Shown here one piece after another: positions 25,843-36,141 of a DNA stretch of 64,000 bases. The notes under the pieces are model-generated. The model was not told the DNA's origin, made no database searches, and saw only the letters and a list, made by a program, of their open reading frames with translations. Every line of letters starts with the position of its first letter. Positions within the stretch are counted from its first letter, which is position 1. Source of the DNA: a virus; the IMG/VR virus record IMGVR_UViG_3300024255_000011, positions 1 through 64,000 of that record; one strand, written 5' to 3'. The translations under genes and the position numbers were made by a program.

Positions 25843-27570
25843 TTACCACCAATCGGTATTAGGAGTACTCTGTCCATCAAACTCCCAAGGTGAAAATGGT
25901 AGTCCATATTCATCAATCTTATCTCTGAACTTATCATACCTTTCGTGTTGCCATTCTGTCTTCCACATCCTGCCATCAGAATCAATCTCCACATCATCAT
26001 CTCCACTACCAACAACAAATCCAAACGGTGACATGTCCTCTTCCAGCTGTGTCTTATCCCTTTCATATAACTCTTCCCTAACACTCTGGTCAGTCATCTC
26101 CTTGAAGTAGTCTTGCGCCACTGCCCAAGCGTAAATAACCATACACATCACAAGGTCATCGTGACATCCATCTTCCGCAGAAAACGAATCCCTCTTCTCC
26201 ACAAAGGTGGTAAGTTCGTTAATGATTTGGAAATCATTGAAAAGAATCTTATCAGATTCCACCATTTGTTTGAGGTTGGAACAACCAAGTTTCTTAGGGG
26301 CCTTCGCCATCTTCAAACCAAGTTGGGTCTTACCACCTGAGAAACCATGACCTAACACCTGACCATTCCTTCCTCTCATTGATGTCATCAACAGGTTCTC
26401 ATACTCCATATCATAGAAGATAATGGATGCAACCTGGTCACCAATGTCATTCACCTCACAGAGTATCCATGCTTTGTTATATTTCCTTGCTACCTGAACA
26501 ATAATATCAGGGAACAACATAGGTTTTATTTCATTACTCCTGTACTTACCAACTAACTTATGAGGATAAGCAGTGATATCTATAAGAATAAAGGCAGAGT
26601 AATCCATCCTCATTCCACGAGATACATCCACAGTCATCATATATTCGTGGCCAGGGATGGGTTCCTCAAACACATCTAACCCTGCAGATGATGTGATGGG
26701 GTCATTATATGATAGAGACTTTAGTTTAGAACCTGTAATAAGAGTGCCAGCAGAACCAATGAAGTCACACTCAAATTCCTGTGCAAACTGCTGTTCTGAA
26801 GTGTTTGCAATTGTCTCCTCTTTCCACTTCTCATCTCTCCCTGGCACCTCAGACCAGTGTGCTTCTGTGTGTCTGTAACTGTTTCTCCCCTTCTCAGCAT
26901 CATTCCACAACTTATAGAAGTGGTTCATCCCATTAGGGGTAGAAACAATGATTACCTTCGTTGACTTACCAGAAGAGATAGTAGGATATACAGAGCTAAA
27001 GAATTCGTCGGCGACGTTTGTTGGAACGAACGCAAATTCGTCCAACATAACAATGTTGTAGGAAAATCCACGAACGGCGGAGCTGGAAGTGGATGAAGCA
27101 GTAATTCGTGAGCCATTCTCAAGCTCAATAGATCCTTTGTTCCAGGCAAGTACACCTTGCTGTAACCACTTAGGCAAGTTTTCATAAGATGTCTGCAGTT
27201 TTGCCATCAATTCGAAGGCAGTCTCACGTTTGTTTGCGAGAATTGCCACGTTAATGTTGTCTCTAAACAATGCCTGATGAATCAGGTAAGCTGTAACTGT
27301 AACTGACTTTCCAGACTGACGTGGAAGTTTACAAATACTGAATCGATTGTTATGGAAACTATCAATCAGGTTGCGCTGGAAAGGATAAGGGATGAAAGGA
27401 ACAATACCGTCGTCCAGACTGATAACCTTAATATAGTTCTCAAGAAAATACTCGGGATCTTGTGAGCATTTAATAACCTCCTGGACCTGCTCTCTAGTAA
27501 AATCAATTGAAACTCCCCGCTGCTTAAGTAGGGGATTGGATTTGTAGGCGGTCGAATCATTTAGTTGCAT
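25843..27570 (-). CDS. gp17: Terminase large subunit (start revised to MQLNDS)
   Basis: Walker A PRQSGKS, LDEFAFV, STPNG, QEFEC, nuclease DVSRG...HDDLVM. Confidence 0.98.
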   Translation of the reverse strand: MQLNDSTAYKSNPLLKQRGVSIDFTREQVQEVIKCSQDPEYFLENYIKVISLDDGIVPFIPYPFQRNLIDSFHNNRFSICKLPRQSGKSVTVTAYLIHQALFRDNINVAILANKRETAFELMAKLQTSYENLPKWLQQGVLAWNKGSIELENGSRITASSTSSSAVRGFSYNIVMLDEFAFVPTNVADEFFSSVYPTISSGKSTKVIIVSTPNGMNHFYKLWNDAEKGRNSYRHTEAHWSEVPGRDEKWKEETIANTSEQQFAQEFECDFIGSAGTLITGSKLKSLSYNDPITSSAGLDVFEEPIPGHEYMMTVDVSRGMRMDYSAFILIDITAYPHKLVGKYRSNEIKPMLFPDIIVQVARKYNKAWILCEVNDIGDQVASIIFYDMEYENLLMTSMRGRNGQVLGHGFSGGKTQLGLKMAKAPKKLGCSNLKQMVESDKILFNDFQIINELTTFVEKRDSFSAEDGCHDDLVMCMVIYAWAVAQDYFKEMTDQSVREELYERDKTQLEEDMSPFGFVVGSGDDDVEIDSDGRMWKTEWQHERYDKFRDKIDEYGLPFSPWEFDGQSTPNTDWW

Positions 27571-27697
27571 AATTAAAAGCTTTAATAATGTATGGGGTCC
27601 CTTTGTTAACTGCAACCATCAGTTGCCTGTAAATCCTAGTTCGTTCTTCGTCTAGTAGTAGTGGTGGTTTGATTGGTGAATACCATACCCAATTCAT
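27557..27697 (-). CDS. Small hypothetical protein missing from the ORF track (46 aa)
   Basis: Hand-translated MNWVWYSPIKPPLLLDEERTRIYRQLMVAVNKGTPYIIKAFNYATK. TGATG overlap with the upstream stop; its stop overlaps the gp17 start. Confidence 0.5.
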   Translation of the reverse strand: MNWVWYSPIKPPLLLDEERTRIYRQLMVAVNKGTPYIIKAFNYATK

Positions 27698-29538
27698 CAG
27701 CAATTCCATCTCGATCTTGCTGCCTTACCTCTCTCACCATTCCAACTCTTGGACCTGGCACAGAAACTCTTGCGTCTTCCTGCTGCTTTACTACCTGCCT
27801 TCAGTTTAGATGGTGGTGTAGTAACTGCTGTCTTTAGGTTACCACCTGTTCTACTATTATACTTTGCAACACCCTTAGATGTCATCCCTGCACCACTGTC
27901 AGTGCTTCTCTTGTCACCAGACTTCTGTGACATACCACTCATATCTTCATTCACCTTTCTAGCAGCAATGTCTCTATCAAGTCTTGCTCGAGCGTCAGCA
28001 ACCTTCTTTGCCTTTGCCTCTCTTTCCATGTCTAATTTAGATTTTGCCTTTGCTGATTCTTTCTTATCGTCATCAGTAAGTTCATTTTCATAACCATCAT
28101 ACTTTCTATCTCTAATACCATCTCTCTGACCACCATAAGACTCTTTCATTGGGTTGGGTCTCTCCAATGAGAAGGAAGCAATCTTATCATAAGGTTTCTT
28201 CTTTGCAGGAACCTTAGGTGCCTTGTAGTTCTTATCTGATTTATATGTTTCATCAATGTCTAGGGTCTTAGGGTAATCCTTGCCACCTTTCTTAGCAGGT
28301 GATTCTCCTCTCTTACGCTTGGCGTGAATGTTATCCCACAATCCTCTCTTACCTTCACCAAACTGAATTAACTTCTCCTCACCTGTGTCATGGTCAGAGA
28401 CAAGAACCTCATAAGAATCTTCATCCTCAGTTAGATAAACAGGAGAGATGGGTTCACCAACTTCTGTTGCAATCTCATCATAAATTTCTGTGTCATCCTC
28501 AGACATAAACTCCCACACCTCATGGTCAGAGACTTCAAAGTTTTCTGACATTGCTGGGAGAATAACCATCTGGTTATACTGGTTGTCACCTGGATCAATT
28601 GATGGATAGAATGCAAGAAGTTTAGCACCAGGCCAAAATTTCTCACATGCTTTTTGCATGCTTTCTCTGGTTGGTCTTCCAACCTCAGGCCAGAAGAACT
28701 TCAATCTCTGACGCCCACCTCTGAACAAAAAGGTAACTTCATAAACTTGTCCAAGTTGGTTGATTCTAACCATCTCATCCAAAGGGAACCAACCCACTGA
28801 CTCCACCATCTGGTGCTCCTTAGCCCACACATCAGGAATCATTCCATGCTTAGATTTGAATTCTTTATGGAGTTCCTTAGGAGTGATGCCTTCTTTATAA
28901 CAAATCTCCCTCATCATTTTATCAATGGACTGCCAGGAGAGATCTTCCATGGCAAGAAGTGCATCTTCTAGTTCTACAACTGCATCATGATTCTCAGTAA
29001 TCTGTTCCTCATTAACCTGAGGCTCATGAACCTCTTCCTCTACTTCAGTTGTTTCAGATAAACCCCACTTAGATTTAAGGTGGTCTTGAAACTCCTCTGT
29101 GCTCATTGTGGAAGTGAGAGCAAAGTAATTACTAGAACCTGGAACACCTGTGTTACCACCATTAGGACCAGCAGGCAAGGATAACTTACCAACATCTCCT
29201 CCATTGCGAATTCCAATAAGAGAGTTTGTTAATGCCCTTGCGTTTGCACGTGATGCAATGGTGTCGGGTACTGTTACTGGCTTCTTCTTCTTAGTCTCAA
29301 CTTCTTCCTCAACGATTGGATTAACTTTATTTCTGTAGATATTACGAGCGACATCAGCTAATTCATTTTGAGTATAACGAGCAGTATAACTTTCCTTTTC
29401 TGTTGGAGCAGATTCCTTTACTACCTTGATGTCTAAGTTTGCCAACTTGGACGTAATATTATTAAGACCCTCAGAGATTTTCTGCTCTCGAATCTTTTTA
29501 GTGCTGTCCGAGGACAGGAAATCGAAATTCTTGCTCAT
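27697..29538 (-). CDS. Multi-segment late protein with basic C-terminal 'RRKSFCAR' (DUF6321-like) domain; candidate internal head protein
   Basis: 'GLWDNIHAKRKRGE' and 'GAGMTSKGVAKY...RRKSFCARS...RWNC' motifs. Lies between gp16 and gp17; late promoter at 29561-29567. Confidence 0.6.
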   Translation of the reverse strand: MSKNFDFLSSDSTKKIREQKISEGLNNITSKLANLDIKVVKESAPTEKESYTARYTQNELADVARNIYRNKVNPIVEEEVETKKKKPVTVPDTIASRANARALTNSLIGIRNGGDVGKLSLPAGPNGGNTGVPGSSNYFALTSTMSTEEFQDHLKSKWGLSETTEVEEEVHEPQVNEEQITENHDAVVELEDALLAMEDLSWQSIDKMMREICYKEGITPKELHKEFKSKHGMIPDVWAKEHQMVESVGWFPLDEMVRINQLGQVYEVTFLFRGGRQRLKFFWPEVGRPTRESMQKACEKFWPGAKLLAFYPSIDPGDNQYNQMVILPAMSENFEVSDHEVWEFMSEDDTEIYDEIATEVGEPISPVYLTEDEDSYEVLVSDHDTGEEKLIQFGEGKRGLWDNIHAKRKRGESPAKKGGKDYPKTLDIDETYKSDKNYKAPKVPAKKKPYDKIASFSLERPNPMKESYGGQRDGIRDRKYDGYENELTDDDKKESAKAKSKLDMEREAKAKKVADARARLDRDIAARKVNEDMSGMSQKSGDKRSTDSGAGMTSKGVAKYNSRTGGNLKTAVTTPPSKLKAGSKAAGRRKSFCARSKSWNGERGKAARSRWNC

Positions 29539-29563
29539 TTTAGCGTTTATTCTATGGTATTAT

Positions 29564-30160
29564 TTAGGGGTTGTATGTGCCACGCTTAGCGCTGGTGACC
29601 TTGGCGTCTTGCATTTGCTCACCTTTGTTTTGTTGAGTGCCCTGTGCTTGTTGGCCAACAGTAGTTGCAACAGCTCCAGCTGCCTTTTTGGCCCACCTTC
29701 CATACCTACCTTTTTTAGAGTCTTCTTTGTCTAATCTATTCTCCATATTTCTTTGAGCTCTTGCTTTATCATAGCTGGGACCACCTGGTTTTTGTGAGTT
29801 CTTTGAAGTTGTGGTTCCATGAACAGGGTTCTTACTTTTCCCTGGGTTGTTTGGTTTTCTGATTCCATCTGGAGATGTCATGTATCCTTTCTGTGCTGGG
29901 GCCCTTTTGCCAACTGCCTCTCTTGATGGAGCTCCCTGTCTGGTCCTCACAATGGCTCCAGCTTTACTAAGAACTTTGTCACCAGCTGCACTCAGAGCCT
30001 TTTTGCCAGCAGACTGAGCTACTTGTCTTAAAGCACTAGGTTTCTTTTTGGGTGATAACTTATTCTGAACTGTTATGGCGTTACGGCGGGCATCATTATC
30101 GGGAGTGTACTTACCCTGAAATCCCTCTGCCTCCGCAAACCATTTTGTGTAAGTTTTCAT
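29564..30160 (-). CDS. Basic protein with T4-type capsid targeting sequence; putative internal protein
   Basis: N-term MKTYTKWFAE resembles the T4 IPIII CTS MKTYQEFIAE. K/R-rich; late promoter at 30172-30178. Confidence 0.65.
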   Translation of the reverse strand: MKTYTKWFAEAEGFQGKYTPDNDARRNAITVQNKLSPKKKPSALRQVAQSAGKKALSAAGDKVLSKAGAIVRTRQGAPSREAVGKRAPAQKGYMTSPDGIRKPNNPGKSKNPVHGTTTSKNSQKPGGPSYDKARAQRNMENRLDKEDSKKGRYGRWAKKAAGAVATTVGQQAQGTQQNKGEQMQDAKVTSAKRGTYNP

Positions 30161-30170
30161 AACTTTTTAG

Positions 30171-30590
30171 TTATTTATTTTGAGAGTCTTTTAGCATTTT
30201 CATGAGGTCATTTGTGGACCCTGACATAAAAACATTATTAGTGGTGTTGTTTTGTTGAACCTTTACCTCCTCAATTTCAATGTCCTTCATCTTCTTGTGT
30301 AAGTCATTGATTTTATCCACAACATCTGCTGCGTGTTTGGCACCAGCAAATACAACTTCATATGCTCTTGGGTGGTCTGATTGTTGTGCCACTTCCATAG
30401 CACCATCCAAACTCTCCTGCATTTTATCCACCAGATTATAAAGTTGAGCTCTGGTGTAATTGTAATCCTTCTCTCTGTCCTCAGTTTTATTACCAACCTT
30501 CACAGGTTTCTCCGCCTTAACCCTCTCAATCTTTACAGGTTCAGTTGGTTCAATGTCAAATGTTTCATTGAGATTATCGAAAGTAGACAT
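30171..30590 (-). CDS. gp16: Terminase small subunit (start revised to MSTFDN)
   Basis: 'KDYNYTRAQLY', 'SDHPRAYEV', 'NNVFMSGSTNDLMKML'. Confidence 0.93.
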   Translation of the reverse strand: MSTFDNLNETFDIEPTEPVKIERVKAEKPVKVGNKTEDREKDYNYTRAQLYNLVDKMQESLDGAMEVAQQSDHPRAYEVVFAGAKHAADVVDKINDLHKKMKDIEIEEVKVQQNNTTNNVFMSGSTNDLMKMLKDSQNK

Positions 30591-30591
30591 G

Positions 30592-31428
30592 CTATGAAAG
30601 CCCGAAGAAATCTTGGTCATCTGACAAAATATCCTCATACTTTTCGATCACTTTATAAGTGTCTTTAGTTGGGTCTACTTTATCTCTCTGTTTGGGTGGT
30701 TTTGCTGTTGACTCTACCTCTGCAGAGTAACGAAGTTCTGCGGGACGTCGAACAACATCTGAACGATAGTCCAGAGTAACCTTGCGAATGTCTCTTTGAG
30801 CATCCACAGGACCAAACAAATAAGTTTTTACTGTAAAGTTTAGAGTCCAAAGAAGTGTTCTTCTTTGTGAGTAGTCTCCTTCATAATCATCAGTGTAACC
30901 AACCCCATTGAGAACAATGGCGATGTCACGCTCTTCGTGTGTTTCATCAATAACCTCAATTGAAACATTGAGTGAAGGATGGAAATTAGGAAGAACTTGT
31001 TCCAGGATTTGGAGACCATCATCCTGGTTCTTACACATAATGTTTAGTTCAACATCCAAATTATAAGGAACAGGAAGGAACTGACTGTACTGAACAGGTC
31101 TTCCTTCTGCATCCTTACCTTGTGGTGGTACAGTTTTTGAAAACTGAGTAGGAACTAACTTCCTTGACCCATCATAGTGCAAACCTTTAATCTCAAAAGA
31201 GATTCGAGGCAAGGTCATCTGAAATGCCTGCCTCTCTGGAGTGGGTTCTGCAGCAATGATAGCCAAATACTTTTGTATGGGGCCATACTGACAAGGCACC
31301 TTGTAACTTTCTAAAGGTTCACCCTTGCGGTCTGATGTCTTTCTCTTTACAATGATATTGTTGAAGACAGTTCCGAACGCAATAATGGACTTACGAAATA
31401 TTTGGTGGTAGTAATATTGACCTAGCAT
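30592..31428 (-). CDS. gp15: Tail sheath stabilizer / completion protein
   Basis: 'YYYHQIFRKSIIAFGTVFNNI', 'TLPRISFE', 'PVPYN', 'QILEQVLP.F.P', 'DDYEGD...RR'. Confidence 0.96.
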   Translation of the reverse strand: MLGQYYYHQIFRKSIIAFGTVFNNIIVKRKTSDRKGEPLESYKVPCQYGPIQKYLAIIAAEPTPERQAFQMTLPRISFEIKGLHYDGSRKLVPTQFSKTVPPQGKDAEGRPVQYSQFLPVPYNLDVELNIMCKNQDDGLQILEQVLPNFHPSLNVSIEVIDETHEERDIAIVLNGVGYTDDYEGDYSQRRTLLWTLNFTVKTYLFGPVDAQRDIRKVTLDYRSDVVRRPAELRYSAEVESTAKPPKQRDKVDPTKDTYKVIEKYEDILSDDQDFFGLS

Positions 31429-31452
31429 AATAAAGGGTTTTTTGTTATTTAG

Positions 31453-32643
31453 TTACACGAACCCAAACGGGTTTTCATCTCCAAGATCTAGAATCTTAAT
31501 CTGATCAAATTCTTCTTGGATAATCTCCTCATCATTGGAGTAAGCAGGTCTTGTATATGCGTTCTGTGAAACATATCTGGCACCACTTGTTTGTCCATAA
31601 ATGAGCACTGTGTCATGCTTATTTACTGTAAGGTCTCCATAATCATCCTGCTGTTGTGGATCAATCTCATCCATATCACCCAAAGTAAGCACTCCAGTGG
31701 TGATGTCCCAGTCCATTACAGTTGCTTGGGTTGTCATCACTCTTCTTACAAACCCTGGGTCTTTGTAGAGTCTGAAGACTGTGGTGTTATCTGTACTCAA
31801 GAAGAACATTCTGTCACTAGTAACTAATGCTTCATCCATTTCAGTTGCAAGTTCAAGGAAGGTGTCATCATAGAATGGTGTGCCTGTTACCCAGTCACTC
31901 TCCTCATTCAGAATTCTCCTGCCCTTACCATCAACAATGTTCATTGGGTCTGCTTCTGTGAGATCATACATCACAACCCTCTCACCCTTCTCAAATGTCC
32001 CATCACCACTCAACATCAGATCAAAATTCATTCTGTAGTATTCAGTGGTTCTTTGTGCCTCATCCACATCATCATAACCAGTGGTGAAGGTTTCACCTGA
32101 GTACTCAAACTTCTCACACTGAATTTCAAACACATACCCTCTCCCTAACTGGAAGAATGGTTGATCAAACAACACATATTTAATTTCAAAAATGGTGTTA
32201 TCAAAAGGAAGGAAGATTAGATCTCCCTCTTTAGGTCTGGAATCAATCTCACCCTTTAGTGGATCAAGTGCAGATCCTGGCGGTTCTTCATTGATATCAT
32301 TGTAATAAGATTTAAGATAAGGAGAATAGTAAGTTGTGAATTCTGATCTTGACATCACAAATGTAACTTCATCAGAACTCCTCACACCAAATTTGGTTAG
32401 AACTTCCATTCCATTATCAAATCCATCCACTGTTTTCAAATACATTGGAATGGGCATTGCAAATTCAAAAGCATTCTTACTGCTCTCATGTAGCAACTTA
32501 TCTAAGTTCAGGTGCCTTCTTGGCATGTAAAGAATGTCAAGACCATACATCTTGATCTGTTCCCTTACCAAGTCATCAATTAATGATTGCTCACTGGTTT
32601 GACCTGGATAAGTGCTGTTAAAATATGGATTTGTGTAGGGCAT
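31453..32643 (-). CDS. gp14: Neck protein
   Basis: 'EQSLIDDLVREQIKMYG', 'RPKEGDLIFLP', 'PFFQLGR.YV', C-term ENPFG. Confidence 0.95.
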   Translation of the reverse strand: MPYTNPYFNSTYPGQTSEQSLIDDLVREQIKMYGLDILYMPRRHLNLDKLLHESSKNAFEFAMPIPMYLKTVDGFDNGMEVLTKFGVRSSDEVTFVMSRSEFTTYYSPYLKSYYNDINEEPPGSALDPLKGEIDSRPKEGDLIFLPFDNTIFEIKYVLFDQPFFQLGRGYVFEIQCEKFEYSGETFTTGYDDVDEAQRTTEYYRMNFDLMLSGDGTFEKGERVVMYDLTEADPMNIVDGKGRRILNEESDWVTGTPFYDDTFLELATEMDEALVTSDRMFFLSTDNTTVFRLYKDPGFVRRVMTTQATVMDWDITTGVLTLGDMDEIDPQQQDDYGDLTVNKHDTVLIYGQTSGARYVSQNAYTRPAYSNDEEIIQEEFDQIKILDLGDENPFGFV

Positions 32644-33863
32644 TATCCTACCTCATCCAAACAGGGGTCAGCCCAATCCATAGCGAATCTTGTTCTAATG
32701 GTTTCTAATTCTTGCTGGGCATCTTGGAGAATCCTATCACCATTAATAACAATACCACCAGGTAATTGAACCTGATTATATTTTGTTAAGTTTCTCCCCC
32801 ATTGAGCTTTCACCAAAGCGTAACTAAACTCTTTGAGCCACATATCATTCCACAAATCAGGATACACATCAGGTGAAGGTTTCACCATAGTTTCTAAAAC
32901 AATTGTATCTCCTACGCTTCCTAAGTTGCCATCAATGTGTAAGTGATGGGTTCTCTGATTAAAGTTATACATCCTTGGTGGATTGAACATAAAGTTAATC
33001 AATGAAAGATAACCCTGCATCACCCAGAAGTGAGACAATCCAAATCCAGAAGAGTCACAATTACCTCCACCCATTCCACCCATTAACATTGGGAACAATG
33101 AACCTGGTGGGATCATTCCTCCACCAATGCCTGAACTTCCAGTTAGAACTTTAGTGACTCCCACAACATCATCAGGGAGGACAAAAAAGTTTCTCTGTTG
33201 TCTGATTGGTTGGGATCCCCAAGTTGGAGCAGAGGTCTTAACTTTAGTAACCTGGAAGACTGCGTCATTATTACCACCATTGATTGTGATGTAATCTCCA
33301 ACCTGGTAACCCACCCCAGTATAATGAACACCCACATTTATGATGCCACAGGTAGTGGTCCTGTCTGGATACACCTTCAGAGTTAACCCTGTGCCCTGTC
33401 CAGAGGTGGTTGAACCCACTCCAATGGTGTTACCATCAGGAGTTGTCTCTAACTCTCCCCACGTGTAATCTACCTTATTGTTTTCTTCAGTGTGAATATC
33501 AGGTTGCTTAGATGTGGTTCTTGCACTAACAAGTTTATCTGATGTGGGATATCCAGTTCCAGGTTGTGCAAGGGTGAGTTCCTCAACCATACCTTGAGCA
33601 CAGGTTTGACCAGAGGCTTCTTGATCAACATAATCTACCTCATAACTTCTCCAGTTATTAAGGAATTCATTAGTAATAGTTGTTGATAGATATGCTCTCT
33701 CCACTCCATTGAAATGATTTCGCTCATTGAAGAACTGAAATGCATCCTCAATGGCTACATCCATCTGCTCATCAGCTACATTGATTTCAAGTACAGGCGC
33801 ACCTAACTTGGTAAGGATATGTTTTTTGAACTCTTGGCGGTTCTGAGGTCTTGCTACACTCAT
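32643..33863 (-). CDS. gp13: Neck protein with inserted beta module
   Basis: 'KLGAPVLEINV..EQ', 'WLKE...ALVK.QWGRNLTKY..VQLPGGI..NG'. Confidence 0.95.
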   Translation of the reverse strand: MSVARPQNRQEFKKHILTKLGAPVLEINVADEQMDVAIEDAFQFFNERNHFNGVERAYLSTTITNEFLNNWRSYEVDYVDQEASGQTCAQGMVEELTLAQPGTGYPTSDKLVSARTTSKQPDIHTEENNKVDYTWGELETTPDGNTIGVGSTTSGQGTGLTLKVYPDRTTTCGIINVGVHYTGVGYQVGDYITINGGNNDAVFQVTKVKTSAPTWGSQPIRQQRNFFVLPDDVVGVTKVLTGSSGIGGGMIPPGSLFPMLMGGMGGGNCDSSGFGLSHFWVMQGYLSLINFMFNPPRMYNFNQRTHHLHIDGNLGSVGDTIVLETMVKPSPDVYPDLWNDMWLKEFSYALVKAQWGRNLTKYNQVQLPGGIVINGDRILQDAQQELETIRTRFAMDWADPCLDEVG

Positions 33864-33896
33864 CTTCCAGCTGCTTTCTTTTATTTAGAATGCATT

Positions 33897-33920
33897 AAAA
33901 AAGGAGACCCGAAGGTCTCC
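33897..33920 (-). terminator. Rho-independent terminator with cUUCGg tetraloop
   Basis: GGAGACC-TTCG-GGTCTCC followed by T6 on the - strand. Confidence 0.92.
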
Positions 33921-33942
33921 AGTAAAGTTATTTACTTTATAA

Positions 33943-34860
33943 TCAACCGCCAGCAGAGTTGTTTGCGGTAAGAGAAGCACTGATAACTGCTTCAAGTCTA
34001 ACAGCCAATTCTTCTACAGTCTCACCTACAACCACATTAGCCAATTCAGCTGCGAGTTGAGTGAGAGTCAGTCTGTAATCATCATTGGTTGCACTTGCTT
34101 TACCCAGAGCACTGTTGGCTGTGGTCTGAGCTTGACCCACATCAGTTTGAAGTGTTGCAATGTCATCTTCGTTAGTTGCAACTCTTGTAGTAAGACCTAC
34201 TACGTCATTTGACAATCCAGTGATATCATCATTGATACCATTAACACCATTTACAGCTGTCTCAAGATCAGTGATTCTGTTTTCGTGACCATTAACCTGA
34301 GTACCAAGGGCCGCAAATTCTCCAGTAATGTGAGTGTTGAGTTGCTGTCCAACATTAGCAATTGCTGCAGTGTTCTGAGCGATTGATGCAGTGTTAGTAG
34401 TACCTACACCGATAACATTGGTTACTTGAGATTCAATCTTTTGAAGAACCTGAAGGTTATTTCTGTTGATGCCATCGTTGAGGAAGGATCCTACAGCGAA
34501 GTCACCCGTGAAATAATTTGAACGACCTTTGGGTACACCAGTAAGTGCAACCAAGTTCACGATGTCAGTTGCATTCTGAGCGATGCCTGCTTCGTGATCT
34601 GCTTCAGTTTCAGCAATTAGATCGTTTACTTCTTGCTTGGTGTAAAGATTAGTATTGGCACTGGTTACTTCAACACTCACTTCACCAGTGAATCTGACAC
34701 TACCATTAAAGGTCAAGTTGTCATCAGTGATTCCACTGACGAGCTCTGTGTAGCTAAGTCTGGACGTTGTCTGGTTCTCATCATTAACAATAAACTGATC
34801 AAGACCAGTAAGTCTGTCAGCAGTTAGAACCGGAAGATTTGAAATCTTAATGCTTGCCAT
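33943..34860 (-). CDS. Coiled-coil fibre (collar/whisker-like, at the T4 wac position)
   Basis: N-term KISNLP...DQFIVND motif, long heptad segments, immediately upstream of gp13. Confidence 0.6.
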   Translation of the reverse strand: MASIKISNLPVLTADRLTGLDQFIVNDENQTTSRLSYTELVSGITDDNLTFNGSVRFTGEVSVEVTSANTNLYTKQEVNDLIAETEADHEAGIAQNATDIVNLVALTGVPKGRSNYFTGDFAVGSFLNDGINRNNLQVLQKIESQVTNVIGVGTTNTASIAQNTAAIANVGQQLNTHITGEFAALGTQVNGHENRITDLETAVNGVNGINDDITGLSNDVVGLTTRVATNEDDIATLQTDVGQAQTTANSALGKASATNDDYRLTLTQLAAELANVVVGETVEELAVRLEAVISASLTANNSAGG

Positions 34861-34908
34861 TGTTTTGTTGGAAGTTTACTTTTACTTATTTATTGTTTAG
34901 TTGGTTTA

Positions 34909-36141
34909 TTATGCACTAAACATGTTAGTTCTGATCAGTCCATCAGAAAGTTGACCAGTTGGACTTTGAACATAAGTCCCACCAATGGATACACCATTAG
35001 CCGCGGCGTCAGTTTCAGTGATGTACGCTCTGGGATATCCCAAGAGTTGGAATATAAATGTTCTGTCATACAAAGCTGGGTTGTCATCATTGAAACTTAG
35101 GATTCGTTCATACCTACCAGCTGCAGATACATACCCTGCGTTTTGAGTGGCAGAGTAAGCGAACTCACCTAGATTGTAATCGAAATCCGTTAATCCAGGG
35201 AAATCAGTCTTATCATTATAATAAACTGGAACTCTGTTTGCTACAAGTGGGGGAGCTGTAATTTTAGTAGTGAATACTGGATTATCAATTGGTGCCTTAG
35301 TATCAACCTCAGTTACAATTTCTTGTAGCACCTTTTTAGTTGGTTGATTATCCTGAACAAATCCAGTGCCAGTAAAAGCACCCATGTCCTGTGACAATGT
35401 AGGCATTCCACTCTGAATAATCAGAGCGTTAACCTTATCACTATTAGTAGTAGAAAGAGTTTCTAAGTCAGTGATTCTGACTTCATGATTATCAACATCA
35501 GTTCTAAGGTTAAAGATTTGGAGTTCGTGTTGATTGATTCTGACCTCATGGTCCACAGTCAGCAGTTGTAACTCATTAACATCTTTAACAAGACCACTGG
35601 TTACATCACCAACTGTTACTTCTAGTTGCTCAACCCTGAAAGTCAAACTTGAAAGTTCCCCTTCCAAATCATTGATGCTATCTGAACTCCCTCCAATAAG
35701 AGTTCTGTTATCACTACAGTAAAGTTCTAAGTCAGTTAGTGCAGCTCTGGTGGTTGCTTCAGTTCTAATGATTCCCTTAGGAAAATCTCTGAAGTAAATT
35801 GACTTTTCAGTTTCTCCAGTCAATTCAATGAGAGGTACAATCCTTTCGTCTTGGAAAGTGTCGTAATCTTCCAACTGAGAAACGATATTATCTACTTCTT
35901 GTTTGTTGTAAGTTTCATCTTTGTTATAGAAATCACCTGTTACATTATCACCAAGATTCACAGAACCATTGAATTGAATGTCTCCACTGAATTCAATGTC
36001 TCTTTCACCAATCCCTAAAACAATTTGCCTAAAACTTACCTTGGAAGTAGTGATGTCACCGTCATTAACGATGTAATAATCATCATCTGTGATTCTATCT
36101 ACCTTGATTTCAGGCAGAGAACTAATCCTTATGGTAGCCAT
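34909..36141 (-). CDS. Coiled-coil fibre protein, paralog of 33943-34860
   Basis: N-term RISSLP...DYYIVND and shared 'F.G...F.G.V...Y.KQEV' segment; HEVRI heptad repeats. Confidence 0.65.
   Translation of the reverse strand: MATIRISSLPEIKVDRITDDDYYIVNDGDITTSKVSFRQIVLGIGERDIEFSGDIQFNGSVNLGDNVTGDFYNKDETYNKQEVDNIVSQLEDYDTFQDERIVPLIELTGETEKSIYFRDFPKGIIRTEATTRAALTDLELYCSDNRTLIGGSSDSINDLEGELSSLTFRVEQLEVTVGDVTSGLVKDVNELQLLTVDHEVRINQHELQIFNLRTDVDNHEVRITDLETLSTTNSDKVNALIIQSGMPTLSQDMGAFTGTGFVQDNQPTKKVLQEIVTEVDTKAPIDNPVFTTKITAPPLVANRVPVYYNDKTDFPGLTDFDYNLGEFAYSATQNAGYVSAAGRYERILSFNDDNPALYDRTFIFQLLGYPRAYITETDAAANGVSIGGTYVQSPTGQLSDGLIRTNMFSA

Noticed and set aside
25797-26084. 95-aa - strand ORF
   Set aside because: Alternative frame overlapping the gp17 3' end, with no supporting signals.
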